Source: Octopus sinensis (lineage: Eukaryota). Taken from it: a stretch of DNA of 64,000 nucleotides. Position 1 is the first letter of the stretch. Each line of letters opens with the position of its first letter. The position numbers and the translations under genes are program-made. The notes under the pieces are model-generated. The model was not told where the DNA came from and made no database searches. It was given only the letters and a program-made list of their open reading frames with translations. The stretch is taken from positions 204,476,001 to 204,540,000 of the forward strand of contig NC_042997.1 of the NCBI RefSeq assembly GCF_006345805.1, in the 5' to 3' direction. Positions 12,572-25,821 of the stretch are shown in pieces.

Positions 12572-13797
12572 CAAGGTGATATTAAAAAGTTCTTGGCCTA
12601 GTTATGTTTAGCACAAAAATAACTTATTTACCTCAGTTTTAACATCATCTCCTTTGAAATAGTCACCTTGCCTAGCAATACACCAGTTCCAGTGTTCCTC
12701 CCACTTTTGGAATCCAGTCTGGAAGTTGTCTTTCATAAGCAAGTTGAGGACCTTCTGTGATTCACTCTGGATCTTGATAAAGATGTTAAAATCATGTGTG
12801 GATAGGATACTGAATTCAGTTTTGCTGAAGGACAGGAAGCCGAAACCAAGAAGCCAAACAGACACAATGCCAAACGGACATAAAGCCAAACAGACACAAT
12901 GCCGAATGGACATAAAGCCAATCGAACACAATGCCGAATGGACACAATAATAAAAAAAAAAATTCCTGCCAACATAGTTTAATGACCAATTCCCCAATTT
13001 GGCACTTAAGATTTAACGAGATTAAATTTTAATTTTCTTATGTCTTTTTGGCATCTTGTCCATTTGACTTTATATCTGTTCGGCTTCTTGGCTTTGGCAA
13101 AAGTGCATTCAGCATCCAGTCCGTGTAACATTAAAATGGTGACCTTTGAGCTGCATTTTCATCTTGGGGAAGAGATGGAAGTCCACTGGTGCTAAATCTG
13201 GTGAATAGGGCAGGTGCAGAGTGCAGAAGCTATACCCCATGTTGCTTTTGGAGAGAAACTCAGGAGTGAGAACTCAGTGAAAAGGTGCATTGTCATTGTG
13301 AAGGATCTAATTCTTTGCACTGCACAGATTTGGTCATTTCTGCAGAATGTCCTTGAAACACTTCAAAACGTCACAGCAGAACTCTTGGTTGATGGTCTGG
13401 CCCTGGGGGGTGAATTCTCAATGCACATTACCGGGGGTGACAGTTGTGGCAGGTCTTCCAGGGACATTCTGCTTTAGAAGCACCTGTGCCACTTGAAACA
13501 TTGCATATGACCCATTGCCTCATAGCTGTAAACTTGCTGAAGCATGTTCAACGTCTCTGTAACAGACTTCCCAAATTTAATGCAAGATTTCACATTGGCA
13601 CTTTGTTCCATCTTCCTGACTATGACAAAAATCGCAGACTACGGCAAACTCTACTCATGATCACAAAAAAACAAATTGTCACTTGTCACACTGCCTCATG
13701 AAGGTCACTGCTAGCTTTCACTGTACAAGCAACTGTGTGCTGCCATCTATTGGCAGGCTACAGATCTAGTCTGGGGAACTTTTTGATACCACCTCGT
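12572..13797 (-). mobile_element. decayed mariner (DD34D-type) transposon with TIRs
   Basis: TA-flanked inverted termini tacaaggtgatattaaaaagttc / gaactttttgataccacctcgta. The minus strand encodes LKGHHF..IQSESQKVLN..FQKWEEHWNWCIARQGDYFKGD, a mariner C-terminus. Confidence 0.85.
12793..13130. mobile_element. MITE with imperfect TIRs and about 15-bp subterminal tandem repeats, inserted in the mariner
   Basis: 7-bp duplication TTAAAAT at 12786-12792 and 13131-13137; inverted ends ggatactgaattcagttttgc / gcaaaagtgcattcagcatcc; repeated gccRaaYggacaYaa units. Confidence 0.7.
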
Positions 13798-16166
13798 ACA
13801 TTGAAGAATAATGTTATTGCAAGTTAAATTCACCTTGTAGATCATCCAATACAGAATCTGATCGAAATTCTGTACTATGTTCTTTTAAAGGTCAAAATGT
13901 AATTTGACAGTTTGTTGCACTTCTGTATTTCTGAAGGAAGACATGCAGTTGAAGCAACTTTGTTTGAATTTACCTTCCAACGTAGCTACATAGTGTTTAA
14001 TACACACCTGTGTTTAGGTTTGGTGGGGTGCAGATGACCTTTGCCTTGTAATAATTTCCAAACACTAACTTGCTAAAATAGTTGATTTCACACAGAATGG
14101 ATTAATTGTACTTTGGAATATGGCCTTGCATTGAGAAACAAAATAACCTCCCCACCCACATTAAGAAAAACAAAGAATAAGAGAAAATCATTCAGTTTCT
14201 CATCAACAGTGACTACATAAACAGGAGCAACATCCTTACTCGTGTTTATACACATGAGACTAAATACATGAAAATACCACATGTTTTGGCATGTAAATAG
14301 GTGAATATATCATGTGTTCTGCACACAACAATTGAATAGATGAATGTGTGATGTATTCGGTAATGAAATTTTTGGCAACAAATCAAATCACGATGACTAA
14401 ATGTATTTCAATATGTCTTTAGGGTGGTGAGTTGGCAGAGTTGTTTTTGTGCTGGAAAAAAATATTTAGTAGCATTTCTTCTGACTTTTGGGTTCAATAA
14501 AATAAGTACCAGTTGAGAACTGGGGTTAATGTAATTAACTTACCCCTTCTTCTGAACTTGCTGTCCTTGAGCCAAAATTTAAAATCAATATGTTTATATA
14601 TATTTTTTGCATATCTATTGTCACTTTGAGTCCCTTCTTTAATCATATGGACAAACAGCAACATGAAACCCAGGGTTACAATTCAAGAAGCTTCAGATTC
14701 TGACAACACTAACAGTAATTGTATTTGATTTATGCATAAGGCCAACAATTTTGGGGAGAATGGATTTAGTTGATTACATTGCCCCAAGTACTTGACTGGT
14801 ACTTTATCTTATCAGTCATGAAAGGATGAAAGCAAAGTTGACCCTAGTGGAATTTGAACTCAGTGCACACAGAATTGGAACAAATACATTTTATCTAAAA
14901 CTCTGATGACTGCCAATTTGCCTGTATGCATGCATGCATGCATGCATGTATATATATATATATATATTGGACTCTCCTTTTAAAGATGATGTGTGAGCAT
15001 TCAGCTTTTGTCAAACAACCTGCACAAATGGTTTGTTTATAGGGATCGAATACTTGTGCCACACATTAGCTCAATCCCTCCATCAAATCAAGGTTGTCTG
15101 AACAGGTGCACGGTGTACCATGCATCAGAAGTTGAAGTGATCGCACATCAATGCGAGATGAAGTGTTTTGCCCAAGAACATAACACACCACCCGATCTAG
15201 GAATTGAAATCATAATCTTTAGATTGTAAATGCAACACCCTAACAACTAGGCCATGCACCCTCACACATTTACATATACATACACACAGGTACAGGCATG
15301 GCCGTGGGGTATTAAGTTTACATCCCTACTATGAGGTGTACCTTTGAACTTCATTTCCCAGCTCATCTAGCTGTAGTGATAAAACATAGAATGCACATCA
15401 ATCAATCAATCTATTTTTCTATCAATCTATGATTTGGAAAGTTATAAAATATTGGAAAGTAAATGTGATGTAATAGGTTGTTTAAATAATAATATAATAA
15501 TAACGAACTTATTATATACAGTACTCAGGCACACTACAACTCATGAGAAAAAGTAACAAAACTGCATTAGAGATAGTATTTGACAAAAACTGTATAGTGT
15601 TGTGGTATAGGGTGGCAGATGTCTGTGGTGGAAGGAATATGAGAAATGAGAGAAAGAAAGAGAGAAAGATGAAGGTAGAGAAAAGGATAAAGAAAGAAAG
15701 AAAGAGAAAGACTGAAAGGATAAAGAGAAGACAGTTTGGTGACAAAAGACTGGCCAGCTGTAGCAGGAGAAAAAAAAAATGAATGAAGAGAGAATTAGAT
15801 GAGAGTGAATACAAGAGATGAGCAAAATAATATAGAAATGAAATAAGAGGCAAGAAGTGTACAAGCTAATTGTTAAATATTGTTTTTTACTCTAGGCACA
15901 AAGCCTGAAATTTTTGGGGAGCGGGGAGCAGTCAATTAGATTGACACCAGTATGCAACTGGTACTTAATTTATTGACCCCCAAATGGATGAAAGGCAAAG
16001 TCAACCTCAGCAGAATTTGAACTCGAAATGTAAAGACAGATGCAATACCACTATGCATTTCGCCCAGTGTACTAATGTTTCTGCCAGCTCACAGCCTTCT
16101 AATGATTAAATATTATATGTCTCAAAAGGGCTGAGAAGGATAGGAGCTCAGTACATGATTCTGGAA

Positions 16167-16481
16167 CAAGATTTCTCAGACATTTTTCCCAAAGTACCCA
16201 TCCATCATGTCCAGCGGTGCTGGTGAGAAATAAATCATTAAGTGGTTGGACACCATTTCATATGTACTATAAAACAGACAATGTATAACTTGCATAATTT
16301 GTTCTTAATTACATTTGGATGTTAACACTTCCTAACATCATTTTCGATAAAGTTATATTTTTTTATAAAGCGATGCACCGTAGAGAAGTATTTGGTTGTG
16401 ATTACTTCAAAATTCTAGTGTTTTTACAAATCTCATGCATCTCTGTAATTTTCCTAGTAAACCCCAATTTGAGAACCCCTG
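16167..16481. mobile_element. hAT-type MITE (decayed)
   Basis: Termini caagatttctcaga / tttgagaacccctg with flanks resembling the NTCTAGAN 8-bp target (ttctggaa, ctctagta). Confidence 0.55.
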
Positions 16482-16898
16482 CTCTAGTAAAAAATATCAC
16501 TGTGTAAAAACTGATATAGGTTTATAAAAATATAAACTAGTAGTATAAATATTTTAAAGTATAAGGCAAGGGAGGTTACTGTATTTTTTAAAGTAAGTGT
16601 AATGAAATTAAGTAAACAGTTAATCCCCTTCCATCTCATTCCATTCCCCTAAACATTACATGGAATATCTCATACAATAAGCTGAGAAGTCTGTGAAAAG
16701 AAGGAGTTGGAAAGTCTTTAAATAAAAGAAGAATAATAATCCTTTCTACTAATAGCACAGGGCCTGAAATTTGGGGGTAGGGGTTAGTCGATTACATTGA
16801 CCCTAGTACTCAACTGGTACGTATTTAATCGGCCCTGAAATGATGAAAAGCAAAGTTGACCTCAGCAGAATTTGAACACGGAACATAAAGATGAACAA

Positions 16899-16899
<1 letters not shown>

Positions 16900-16930
<31 letters not shown>

Positions 16931-16980
16931 TGATAAATGTGATAATAATAGTAATAGTACTAATAATAATAATAATGATG

Positions 16981-17032
<52 letters not shown>

Positions 17033-17034
17033 TG

Positions 17035-17071
<37 letters not shown>

Positions 17072-17113
17072 TAATAATAATAATAATGATGATGATGATG
17101 ATGATGATGATGA
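16900..17113. repeat. long (AAT)n/(GAT)n microsatellite
   Basis: Directly visible; source of the poly-N/I/Y ORFs. Confidence 0.97.
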
Positions 17114-17115
17114 TA

Positions 17116-17455
17116 CTGACTGCTAACAGAAGAAATTGTAAGACTGTGAGAAACGAGGAGAGTAACTGTTATCCCAGTAGTCGTAGGGGTACTCAGAGCA
17201 TCAACAACCAGCTTGGGAGAAATTGGAATTGACATGAGGGCAGAGCAGGCCCAAAAAACTGCACTATTGGGGTCAAGTAAATTTTTGAGATTGGTTCTTG
17301 GGTGTTGAGTGTCTTCCGCAATAAGTTAACGTCCAAGTACAAAAAGCTTATGGTTTGTGGGAAGAGACCCTGTGAAACTCCTGACAACAGGTTGCTGTCC
17401 GTTCTCACAGAATCAACCAGAGCAAGCAAGACCGAGAGCTCTGAGAAGTGAAACA
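17116..17455 (+). mobile_element. 5'-truncated R4/Dong-like (RLE endonuclease) LINE 3' end
   Basis: Translates VTVIPVVVGVL....EIGIDM..EQAQKTALLGSSKFLRLVLGC*, the R4-clade C-terminal pattern; abuts an (AAT)n tract. Confidence 0.65.
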
Positions 17456-19774
17456 ACAACAACAATATTGGATTATTGCTGGAATGTAAGTTCAGCTTAG
17501 AAACTTTAAAATGCTCCTTTCTAAACAAATTATTTAAACCATTTGACACAGAATCTAATTTTAGTATTTGAAACATCTATTTGAAAAAGATTTACATAAA
17601 TTTAACAATCTTTAAAACAGAAACTAATAATACTCAAAAATTCCTACTCCATTTTGGTACACAACATGACAAAAGGACAGAAAAGATTATGAACCCATCT
17701 ACTCAACATTTGGGACATTTTAATCCAACATCATATTAAAATTATACAAAAATATATATAACAACACATTTAATTACTTCAATTCAGAAGCTAAAGTGAT
17801 TGTAATTAGTTTAAAACTTGTTAATGTCTTCAATAGTATGGAAACCTTATTCTACCTTCAAGGATCAGAAAACAAAACTTTCTGAGTAACACAATAAGTC
17901 AATTAAAGTTGGATTGATAGCAAAAACTTTTGAAAACTACAGATTCCAGATTACCACTATGGAAAAAGTGTATTTCAGTTATAAATTGTTTCTGTAACAT
18001 CAATAATAAACATTAAAAATTTCTATAGTTTGATATCAGGAATTGCAAAACCATTCCTCCAAAGTACACTGGACAAAATGCTTGATGACATTTTGCCCAT
18101 CTTTATGATTTGAGTTCAAATTCTACTGAGGTCGACTTCACCTTTAATTTTTTCAGGGTTGATAAAATAAATACCAGCCATACACTGGAGTCAATGTAAT
18201 TAACATATCCCCTCTCTCCCTGACCTTTCTGACCTTGAGCCAAAATTTGAAATCAGTATTATGCAACATGGCAGAGTCATTTGGACACTGGGCAAATTGC
18301 TTAGTGGCATATGAGTTCAGATTCTGCTGAGGTTGACTTTGCCTTTCATTCTTTCTGGGTCAATAAACGAAGTACCAGTTGAGTACTGGGGTTGATGTAA
18401 TTGTCTTCTCCTTTCCCTGATACTGCTGGCTTTGTGCCAAAATTTAAACCAATATTATGAAACATGATTATATTCAAAGATTTGAACTTAATCAACTCTA
18501 ACCTAAAAAATAATAGATTTTCTTGATAAAACATTAAACTTGGTAATAAAACTTCAACTGAAAATCTACTGAAAGTTTATAGTATAACCATAAGAATTTG
18601 AACTACTTGTCCAAAATATTAATCACAAGTTATTGAACATTTCAACTGAAGAAAATAAATAAAATAAAATAATAGTTTTATCATGATATGGCTAAAAAGG
18701 TAAGATCAAATACATCAAGAATAATGATAATACCACAACAAAGAAGAAAGGATAAACCTCTATAATTCACATAAACCATGTCTTATGTCTCTTAAACAGC
18801 TGATGTCTTTTCAGTTCCATGGTCTATTGTGCTGAAGCATCACTAGTAAATGTATCAACACTTAAATATATGTCACTTTAACAGTTAACCCATTTAAATT
18901 GCGATAACACCAATACGTGCACACTTTCAGAAATCCAATCAAATATACAAACATCACTTTTCAAATTAACTTTGGGTATTGAAAGATAAAATACACCCAT
19001 TTTGTTATCAAATAAAAAATTTTGAAATCCACCAAAAACGTAATCAATTTTTAAGAGCCTGTGGTTTATGTTTCTCTGATAAAATAACAAGAAAAAACAA
19101 AAACATTTACTAAGGAAATATGAAGAATATGAAGTAACTGACATTGTTTGCTTCTTAATTTGAATATGCTTAAAAAATAATACATGCAAGAGAGTGACCT
19201 CCCTTGCACCATTCATATTAATATTTGGGCCATTCGCTTGTATTGCTATATATTTATACAACTTTATAAAGAGGTTATTTTTATTGAGATTATCTAAAGA
19301 AAGTTGCAGTGCCCATAGCTTTCACAAGCTCTCCAAGATGAAACACTTTATAATTAGCTTGTACACACCTAAACCTCAATATTTTATATCATTTTGTTCT
19401 CTTTGCTAATTTGCTCTCCATTATTTTTGCCTCCTCTTTCAGTTTCTATCTTTTTGCTCTTTCTCCTTCTGTTTATCTTTTACTAATTTTCTCTGCATCT
19501 TTTCATGCTCAGAATTGTTAAAATATGATATTAACTACTTGCAGCAGATGTTTGCTGCCAGGAGACCATTTCCTTCATGTTTCCTGAAATTCACAGACAC
19601 AATTCCTGAAGAGCCTAAGGACTCTTTTCTCTTTATAGCTCTTTTACTCTTTGCCTGGAGGGCAGTTTTCCTGATAGTAATTATGAATGCAACTCATTCA
19701 ATTTATTCTGCTAAACCGTATCTATAGTTTTTGTTGAGGAAACACTAAACCAGTTAATAATAATAATTGTGTAC

Positions 19775-19870
19775 AGTGCTCAGGTGCACTACAACTCATC
19801 TAAAGTGTATATATAATCAGGTGTAGTTTCGGCGGATTTCGGAAAGCATGAGGGCCTTAAAGGATGCAAT
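19775..19870 (-). mobile_element. CR1/L2-type LINE 3' end
   Basis: Minus strand ...tcctttaaggccctc...gttgtagtgcacctgagcactgtacacaat(tat)n; same terminal motif at about 15520(-) and 43325-43350(+). Confidence 0.5.
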
Positions 19871-20120
19871 GTCATGGCAGTCATTTACAGTTTCCGTATA
19901 CCACATCCATTCACAAGGCTTTTGTTGATCTGGGGCAATAGCAGAAAACACTTGCCCAAGGTGCTGTACAATGGGACTGAACCTGAAACTATGATGTTAG
20001 GAAGCCACTTCTTAACCACACAGCCACACCTGCACCAATACATGAAAAATAATTCCTTCTATTTTGTCATTTAACCTTTTCATTACTGCATTTATAGTGA
20101 GATGCTCTGTGTTTCTTTCA

Positions 20121-20188
<68 letters not shown>

Positions 20189-20324
20189 GTTGTGTAAAAG
20201 TACAGAAATTAACATTTTTGGATCAGATGACAACCTTTATTAGACAGAATTCTGTGTGAGGAGGTTAGGCATATAGAGGATGGAGGGGGAGTGGGGAGAA
20301 GATAATGGTAGGGTACAAACACAT

Positions 20325-20561
20325 AAGTCGGCAAGCTGGCAGAATTGTTAGCACACCGGGTGAAATGCCAAGCGGTATTTCGTCTGCCACTACTACGTTC
20401 TGAGTTCAAATTCCGCTGAGGTCGACATTGCCTTTCACCCTTTTAGGGTCGATTAAATAAGTACCAGTTACACACTGGAGTTGATGTAATCGACTTAATC
20501 CGTTTGTCCGTCCTTGTTTGTCCTCTCTGTATTTAGCCCCTTGTGGGTAGTAAAGAAATAG
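20325..20561 (+). mobile_element. tRNA-derived SINE, family D (core gcctttcatcc...ggtcgat..aagtaccagtt resembles the Meta-domain SINE core)
   Basis: Head gctggcagaa..gttagca, B-box tgagttcaaattcc, conserved core. More than 20 full or partial copies in the window, e.g. 720-895, 9790-9960, 15890-16100, 18040-18460, 27790-28250, 56760-56970, 58193-58370. Confidence 0.8.
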
Positions 20562-20788
20562 GTTGTGTACAAACACACATACACACACAACTCGTCATCA
20601 CCATTTTAATGTCTGTTTTCCATGCTTAGTAATGCCTTACATTATAAGTATACTGACTTCTGACTGGCCATTGGTCTTACTATGGCTTAAAAGAATTATA
20701 GTTTATATATGTGTGTGTGTGTGTGTGTGTATTTATATGCATGCACGTAAATTTTGTATGTTAATTGTAACATTGTTTTGCAATATTA

Positions 20789-21067
20789 GTTGCCAGCCTC
20801 GCCTGGCCCCCGTGCTGGTGGCACGTAAAAAGCACCATCCGATCGTGGCCGTTTGCCAGACCGTCTGGCACCTGTGCCGGTGGCACGTAAAAAGCACCCA
20901 CTACACTCATGGAGTGGTTGGCGTTAGGAAGGGCATCCAGCCGTAGAAACTCTGCCAGATCAGACTGGGTCTGGTGCAGCCTTCTGGCTTCCCAGACCCC
21001 AGTTGAACCGTCCAACCCATGCTAGCATGGAAAACGGACGTTAAACGATGATGATGATGATGATGAT
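20789..21067 (+). mobile_element. RTE-derived 3' tail repeat, two tandem units, (GAT)n tail
   Basis: Homologous to 2301-2655 and 42490-42923; CpGs largely retained, so probably young. Confidence 0.8.
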
Positions 21068-22269
21068 AATCCATCCCACCGAGGTCAACTTTGTTTTTCA
21101 TTCTGTTGAGGTCGATAAAAAAAGCAGCAGTTGAGCATTGAGCTTTTGTATGGGGCCTGAGCATTGGAGTTGATAATATAAGTACCAACTGAGCACGGGG
21201 GTCGATGTAATTGACTTAACCCCTCTCCCAAAATTGCTGGCCTTGTGCCAAAAGTCGAAACCAATATTATTTCTATAATCAATTGTCTATTTTGTGTGGG
21301 TTCTATAAAGTAGAGATGCAATTTTCTGTCTAAATGTTTCTATGTGGTTTTGTCTTATACACACACACACACACACACACACATACACACTCAGAGAGAG
21401 AGAGGGGGGAGAGAGAGAGGGAGGGAGAAAGAGAGGGAGAGAGAGAATGATGAAATCATCTGAGCCTCTCAAAATTATTATTAGTGTTATCAGTAAAGTC
21501 AGTTGTGAAATGTAGGGTGCCTCTACATGGAAGTTCTATATGCTAAAGATAACAGCCAAAGTTTCTTTATATTAGATGTTATCTCTGATGAAGAAATTGA
21601 AAATCTACTCCATCAAGGATGACTTGACGGTACACAACAGCAATCAACTGGTTATATATTTGCTCATGGAGATGACAGTTGTGATAGTGGTGGTATTAGT
21701 GGTGTGGTAGTGTTGGTGGTAATGACGTTGTAGTGGTAAGGGTGTATGTGTTGTGGCAAGTGGCAGTGTTGATGGTAGCTTCATCATTGTTACTATTCTT
21801 CTTCTTATAGTGAATGTTTAGCCCCAGATCAGCCGTGACTGAGCAGACCCATGATCAATGACATTCCACCCATCACCATTCCCTCTTTTTCCCCATGTGC
21901 AATGAACCTGGGCCCACATTACCCTCAGTGTTCTTCTTCTTTAAGATAGTTGGATGCAATTGAAGGGAGTTTGGTTGTTATTTCTAGCAGATCAAATGAC
22001 CATGTCAAGGTGTTGGAGTGTTTTACATTACTTACTGACAGGAGGAAGGGTCAGTGCCCATGACTTTTGTAGCCCCGCCCCCAGATCAATGTGGCTGATG
22101 TCATTAATATTTCTCCTGAACCTTTGTTAAGTCAACAAAGGTAGAGTGAGGAAACAGCATACAGCCAGAGGCTGAAACGATGGTGTTGACAATAGTTGTG
22201 TTGCTGTTGGATTTGAAGGTGGCATTGATGGTGCCGGTTGCTGTTGCTGTTGAGTGTAGCAGTCTTTGT

Positions 22270-22607
22270 CCTAGTGGGAGAAGTCTGAAACGTGGTCCTT
22301 TGCTATTCGTAAGACCCGCAGAAGAGAAAGCAGGTCCCCCCGACACCGAGAGAATCGACGGATGGATGAATGCACATCCAGGCTCAGCGGTTGCGTAGGA
22401 AGTCGGGGACAAGAAACAGGAAGAAAGAGTGAGAGAAAGTTGGAGTGAAAGAGTACAACAGGGGTCGCCACCAGCCCCTGCCGGAGCCTTGTGGAACTTT
22501 AGGTGTATTCGCTCAATAAACACACACAATGCCCGGTCTGGGAATCGAAACCGCGATCCTCCGACTGCGAATTCGCTGCCCTAACCATTGGGCCATTGCA
22601 CCTCCAC
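22270..22607 (-). mobile_element. tRNA(Arg)-like headed SINE, family E, inserted in a decayed (GGT/GTT) tract
   Basis: Minus strand TGGCCCAATGG A-box, anticodon-like arm gcgaattcgcagtcg, GGTTTCGATTCC B-box, then a non-tRNA body. No acceptor stem, so not a tRNA gene. Confidence 0.75.
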
Positions 22608-23631
22608 TGATGGTGCTGGTGGTGATGTTGGTGTAAGTAGTGGTGGTGATAGTTGCATTGGTGTTGTTGGTGCAGTTGACAGTGGTGTTGGCAGTACTGG
22701 CATTGTTGCACATTATAGCTGCACATTCCTAAACAGGTGTTCGTAGCCCATTAGGTAAACAGTGAAAATGAGATGTGATGGTGTAAAACCAGTTGAGTAG
22801 ATTGTTGTATGACTGCTAACATCACTTATTAACCACCAGTTGTACACAGGAAATACAACGATAACATATTCACTTCAGATTTTTGCACAAGGCCAGCAAA
22901 TTTGGGATGGGGTTAAGTCAATTACAGCGACCTGTGTGCTCAAAGGTACTTAATTTATCAACTCCAAAGGGATGAAAGGCAAAGTTGACCATGGCAAAAT
23001 TTGAACCAAAAGTATAAAGACATTTTTCCTGGCATGCTATCGATTGTGCCAGTTTGCTAACTTACATAGTGATAACATATTGTAAACCCAGAATGCCTTG
23101 ACATAACATGGATTTGTCCAAAACAAGTAGTGTAGGAATGGCACACAACTTGTATTTATTATTTCAGGTCAAATTTACCTTTCATTCATTCCAAGCGTGA
23201 TAAAATAAAGTACCAGTCATGTATTGGGGAAATAATCAACTCTACATTCCATGAAGATCCATATTTAGTTAGATATGTGCTTTCTCAGTTCTGAGTTCAA
23301 ATTTTCATCCTTCAAGGGTCTGTAAAAATGAAAAACTAGAAAGCAAAAAAGCACTGGCACTGGTTCCACATAAGAAGCACCAGTGCTGGTGCTGCTGCCA
23401 TGTAAAAAGCACCAGTGCTGATGTTACATAAAAAGCAGGAGTAAAACGTAAAAAAACCCCCAGTACACTTTGTAAAGTGGTTGGCATTAGGAAGGGCATC
23501 TATCTGTAGAAACCATGCCAAAACAATAGACAATGAACTTGATATGGCTTCTGGCCTTGCCAGCTCCAGTCAAACTGTCCAACCCATGCTAACGTGAAAA
23601 ATGGACATTAAATGAGGATGATGGTGCTGCT

Positions 23632-23662
<31 letters not shown>

Positions 23663-24334
23663 ACAAGTAGTGGGTTCACCACTGTTATCAAATGTGTGGC
23701 CTGGAGGATATATCACCAACTTTAAATCAGTGCTCTTTTAAGTGGCACAGGTATGGCAACGTGGTTTGGAAGTTCACTTCTCAGCTGCATGATTGGAGGT
23801 TCAATTCCACAGTGTGGTACATTGTGCAAGTGGCATTCCTCATAACCTCAAATCAACCAAATCTTCATGAATGGAATTTGTTACATGGAACTAGGGAAAG
23901 TTCTTGGTGTTGTTTTTTTTTTTTAATTTTTGGGGGGCGGGGTGAAGGGGTGAGGGGGTAGACTTGGATGATTTCGTTTGCACTTCTGTTTAATACCACA
24001 ATCTGGTGTTTGGGTGCAGGCCTCTAGTCTAGGAGGACTTCCTCCCATCAGTTTTGAAGAGATTGAAAAAATGGGTCATGGTTAATGCTCTGTCCTCCTT
24101 CAGATTAAACCATAAAAACAGTCTTGTTTCCAAATTTATCCCAGAATGATACACTAATGACATTTTAAATATCAGGAAAATAAATCACATCATTAAGAAA
24201 AGAACAAAAAGTTTGACATTATAACATGAAATCAGTTTTTATAAATACTAACTCAAGACAGAAGATATAAACAAGGCCACTGTCCCCTCAATAAGCCTGT
24301 TTCTCTGTTGTGTCTCATATTGCTGTATATATGT

Positions 24335-25785
24335 ATGCATGTTTGTATATCACCTTTGTTGATCTGGAGAAAGCTTTTGATAGAGTTCGCTGCTCTGTTA
24401 CATGGTGGTCTCTAAGGAAGTTAAGAGTAGAGGAGTGGCTTGTTAAAGCTGTACAAGCCATGTACAGTGGTACTGTCAGGAAGGTGAGAGTTGGCCATGA
24501 ATACATTGATGAATTTAGCATACAGGTAGGGGTTCACCAGGGCTCAGTTCTCAGCCCACTCTTATTCATTATAGTCCTCCAGGCCATAATAGAGGAATTC
24601 AAAACTGGATGCTTCTGGGAACTGCTATATGTTGATGACCTTGCTCTTATTGCAGAATCTTTAGCAGAATTGGGGAAGAAATTCCAAACAAAACCTGGAA
24701 TCAAAGGGCCTTAAAGTTAACCAAGTAAAAATCAAAGATGTTGTTAGTAAGAAAGAATATAAAACTCTCTTTCTATCAGGTAAATGGTCCTGTTCAGTAT
24801 GTAGGAAAGGAGTTAGAAGAAATTCCATTCGCTGCACCCAGTGTAAACTATGGACACATAACAGATGCAGTGGCATCACAGGTAGATTAACAGATAAGGT
24901 CACCCTTGTGTGTGGCAGATGTGCAGGAACAATAAGCACTAAGAGCATATGGGAATTAGATACTCTCAAATGCCCAGGAGGCTCTCTTGAGGTTGTAGAT
25001 AGTTTCTGTTACCTAGGTGACCAAATTAGCCATGGTAGAGGATGCTCTGAAAGTATTGTTTCTAGAATAAGAATAGGGTGGTGGAAGTTCAGAGAGGTAT
25101 TACCTCTGTTGGCAACAAAAGACTCTCTTTCAGAGTGAAAAGTAGACTGTATGATGCTTGTATGCAAATGGCTATATTCCAGGGTAGTGAGACATGGGCT
25201 CTGCATGCAGAAGACATGCACAGATAGGAGAGAAATGAAGGTAGTATGCTCCTGTTGGATGTGCAATGTCAGTGCTCATATACAACAAAGTGCAAAGTAT
25301 TGAGAAAAAAGTTGGGCATAAGAGGAATGAAATGTAGCATGCAAGAGAGACGACAATATTGGTTTGTACATGTGATGTGTATGAATGAGGACAGCTGCAT
25401 AAAGAAGTGCTGATCAGTGATTGTGGATGGTACCTGCAGAAGAGGGAGACCCAGGAAGATGTGGATGAAGTGATGAGGACCAATCTCAGGATGTTGGGCC
25501 TCATGGAGGAAATGACAAAGGACCGAGATGTCTGGTGATATGAGGTTCTTGAGAAGACCTGCCCACATCAGTGGAACTGAGTTCTAGAAGCGCTGTGTGT
25601 CCCACCCACACTTAACAAGAAAACTCCTCACACACTCTGCTACAATAAGCCAAACTACATCTCTACACCGCTTCTCTTCCTCATATTTCCACTTCATGCG
25701 CTATGCTTACCTCCCACTCCCCAATCCTGACCTCTTGGCCCTGTCCCACTGTATCATTGCTATCTGCTAGCCCCTGACCTGTGTG

Positions 25786-25790
<5 letters not shown>
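24335..25790 (+). mobile_element. 5'-truncated RTE-clade LINE: reverse transcriptase, Cys-rich insert, C-terminus and 3' UTR ending in (TA)n; frameshifted
   Basis: Motifs FVDLEKAFDRV, GVHQGSVLSPLLF, LLYVDDL, FCYLGDQI, C.VCRKG..NSI.C..CKLWTH.RC, GRPRK.W spread over three frames. Confidence 0.92.

Positions 25791-25821
<31 letters not shown>

Noticed and set aside
16872-17235. poly-N/I/Y ORFs
   Set aside because: Translations of an (AAT)n/(GAT)n microsatellite; no flanking splice or coding context.
17193-17576. 127-aa minus ORF
   Set aside because: Antisense to the R4-like LINE end.
22104-22529. 141-aa minus ORF and QQQQPAPSMPP-like frame
   Set aside because: Runs through a SINE body and a decayed (CAA/CAC) tract.
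22520-22607. tRNA gene
   Set aside because: A and B boxes are present, but there is no acceptor stem and it continues into a SINE body.
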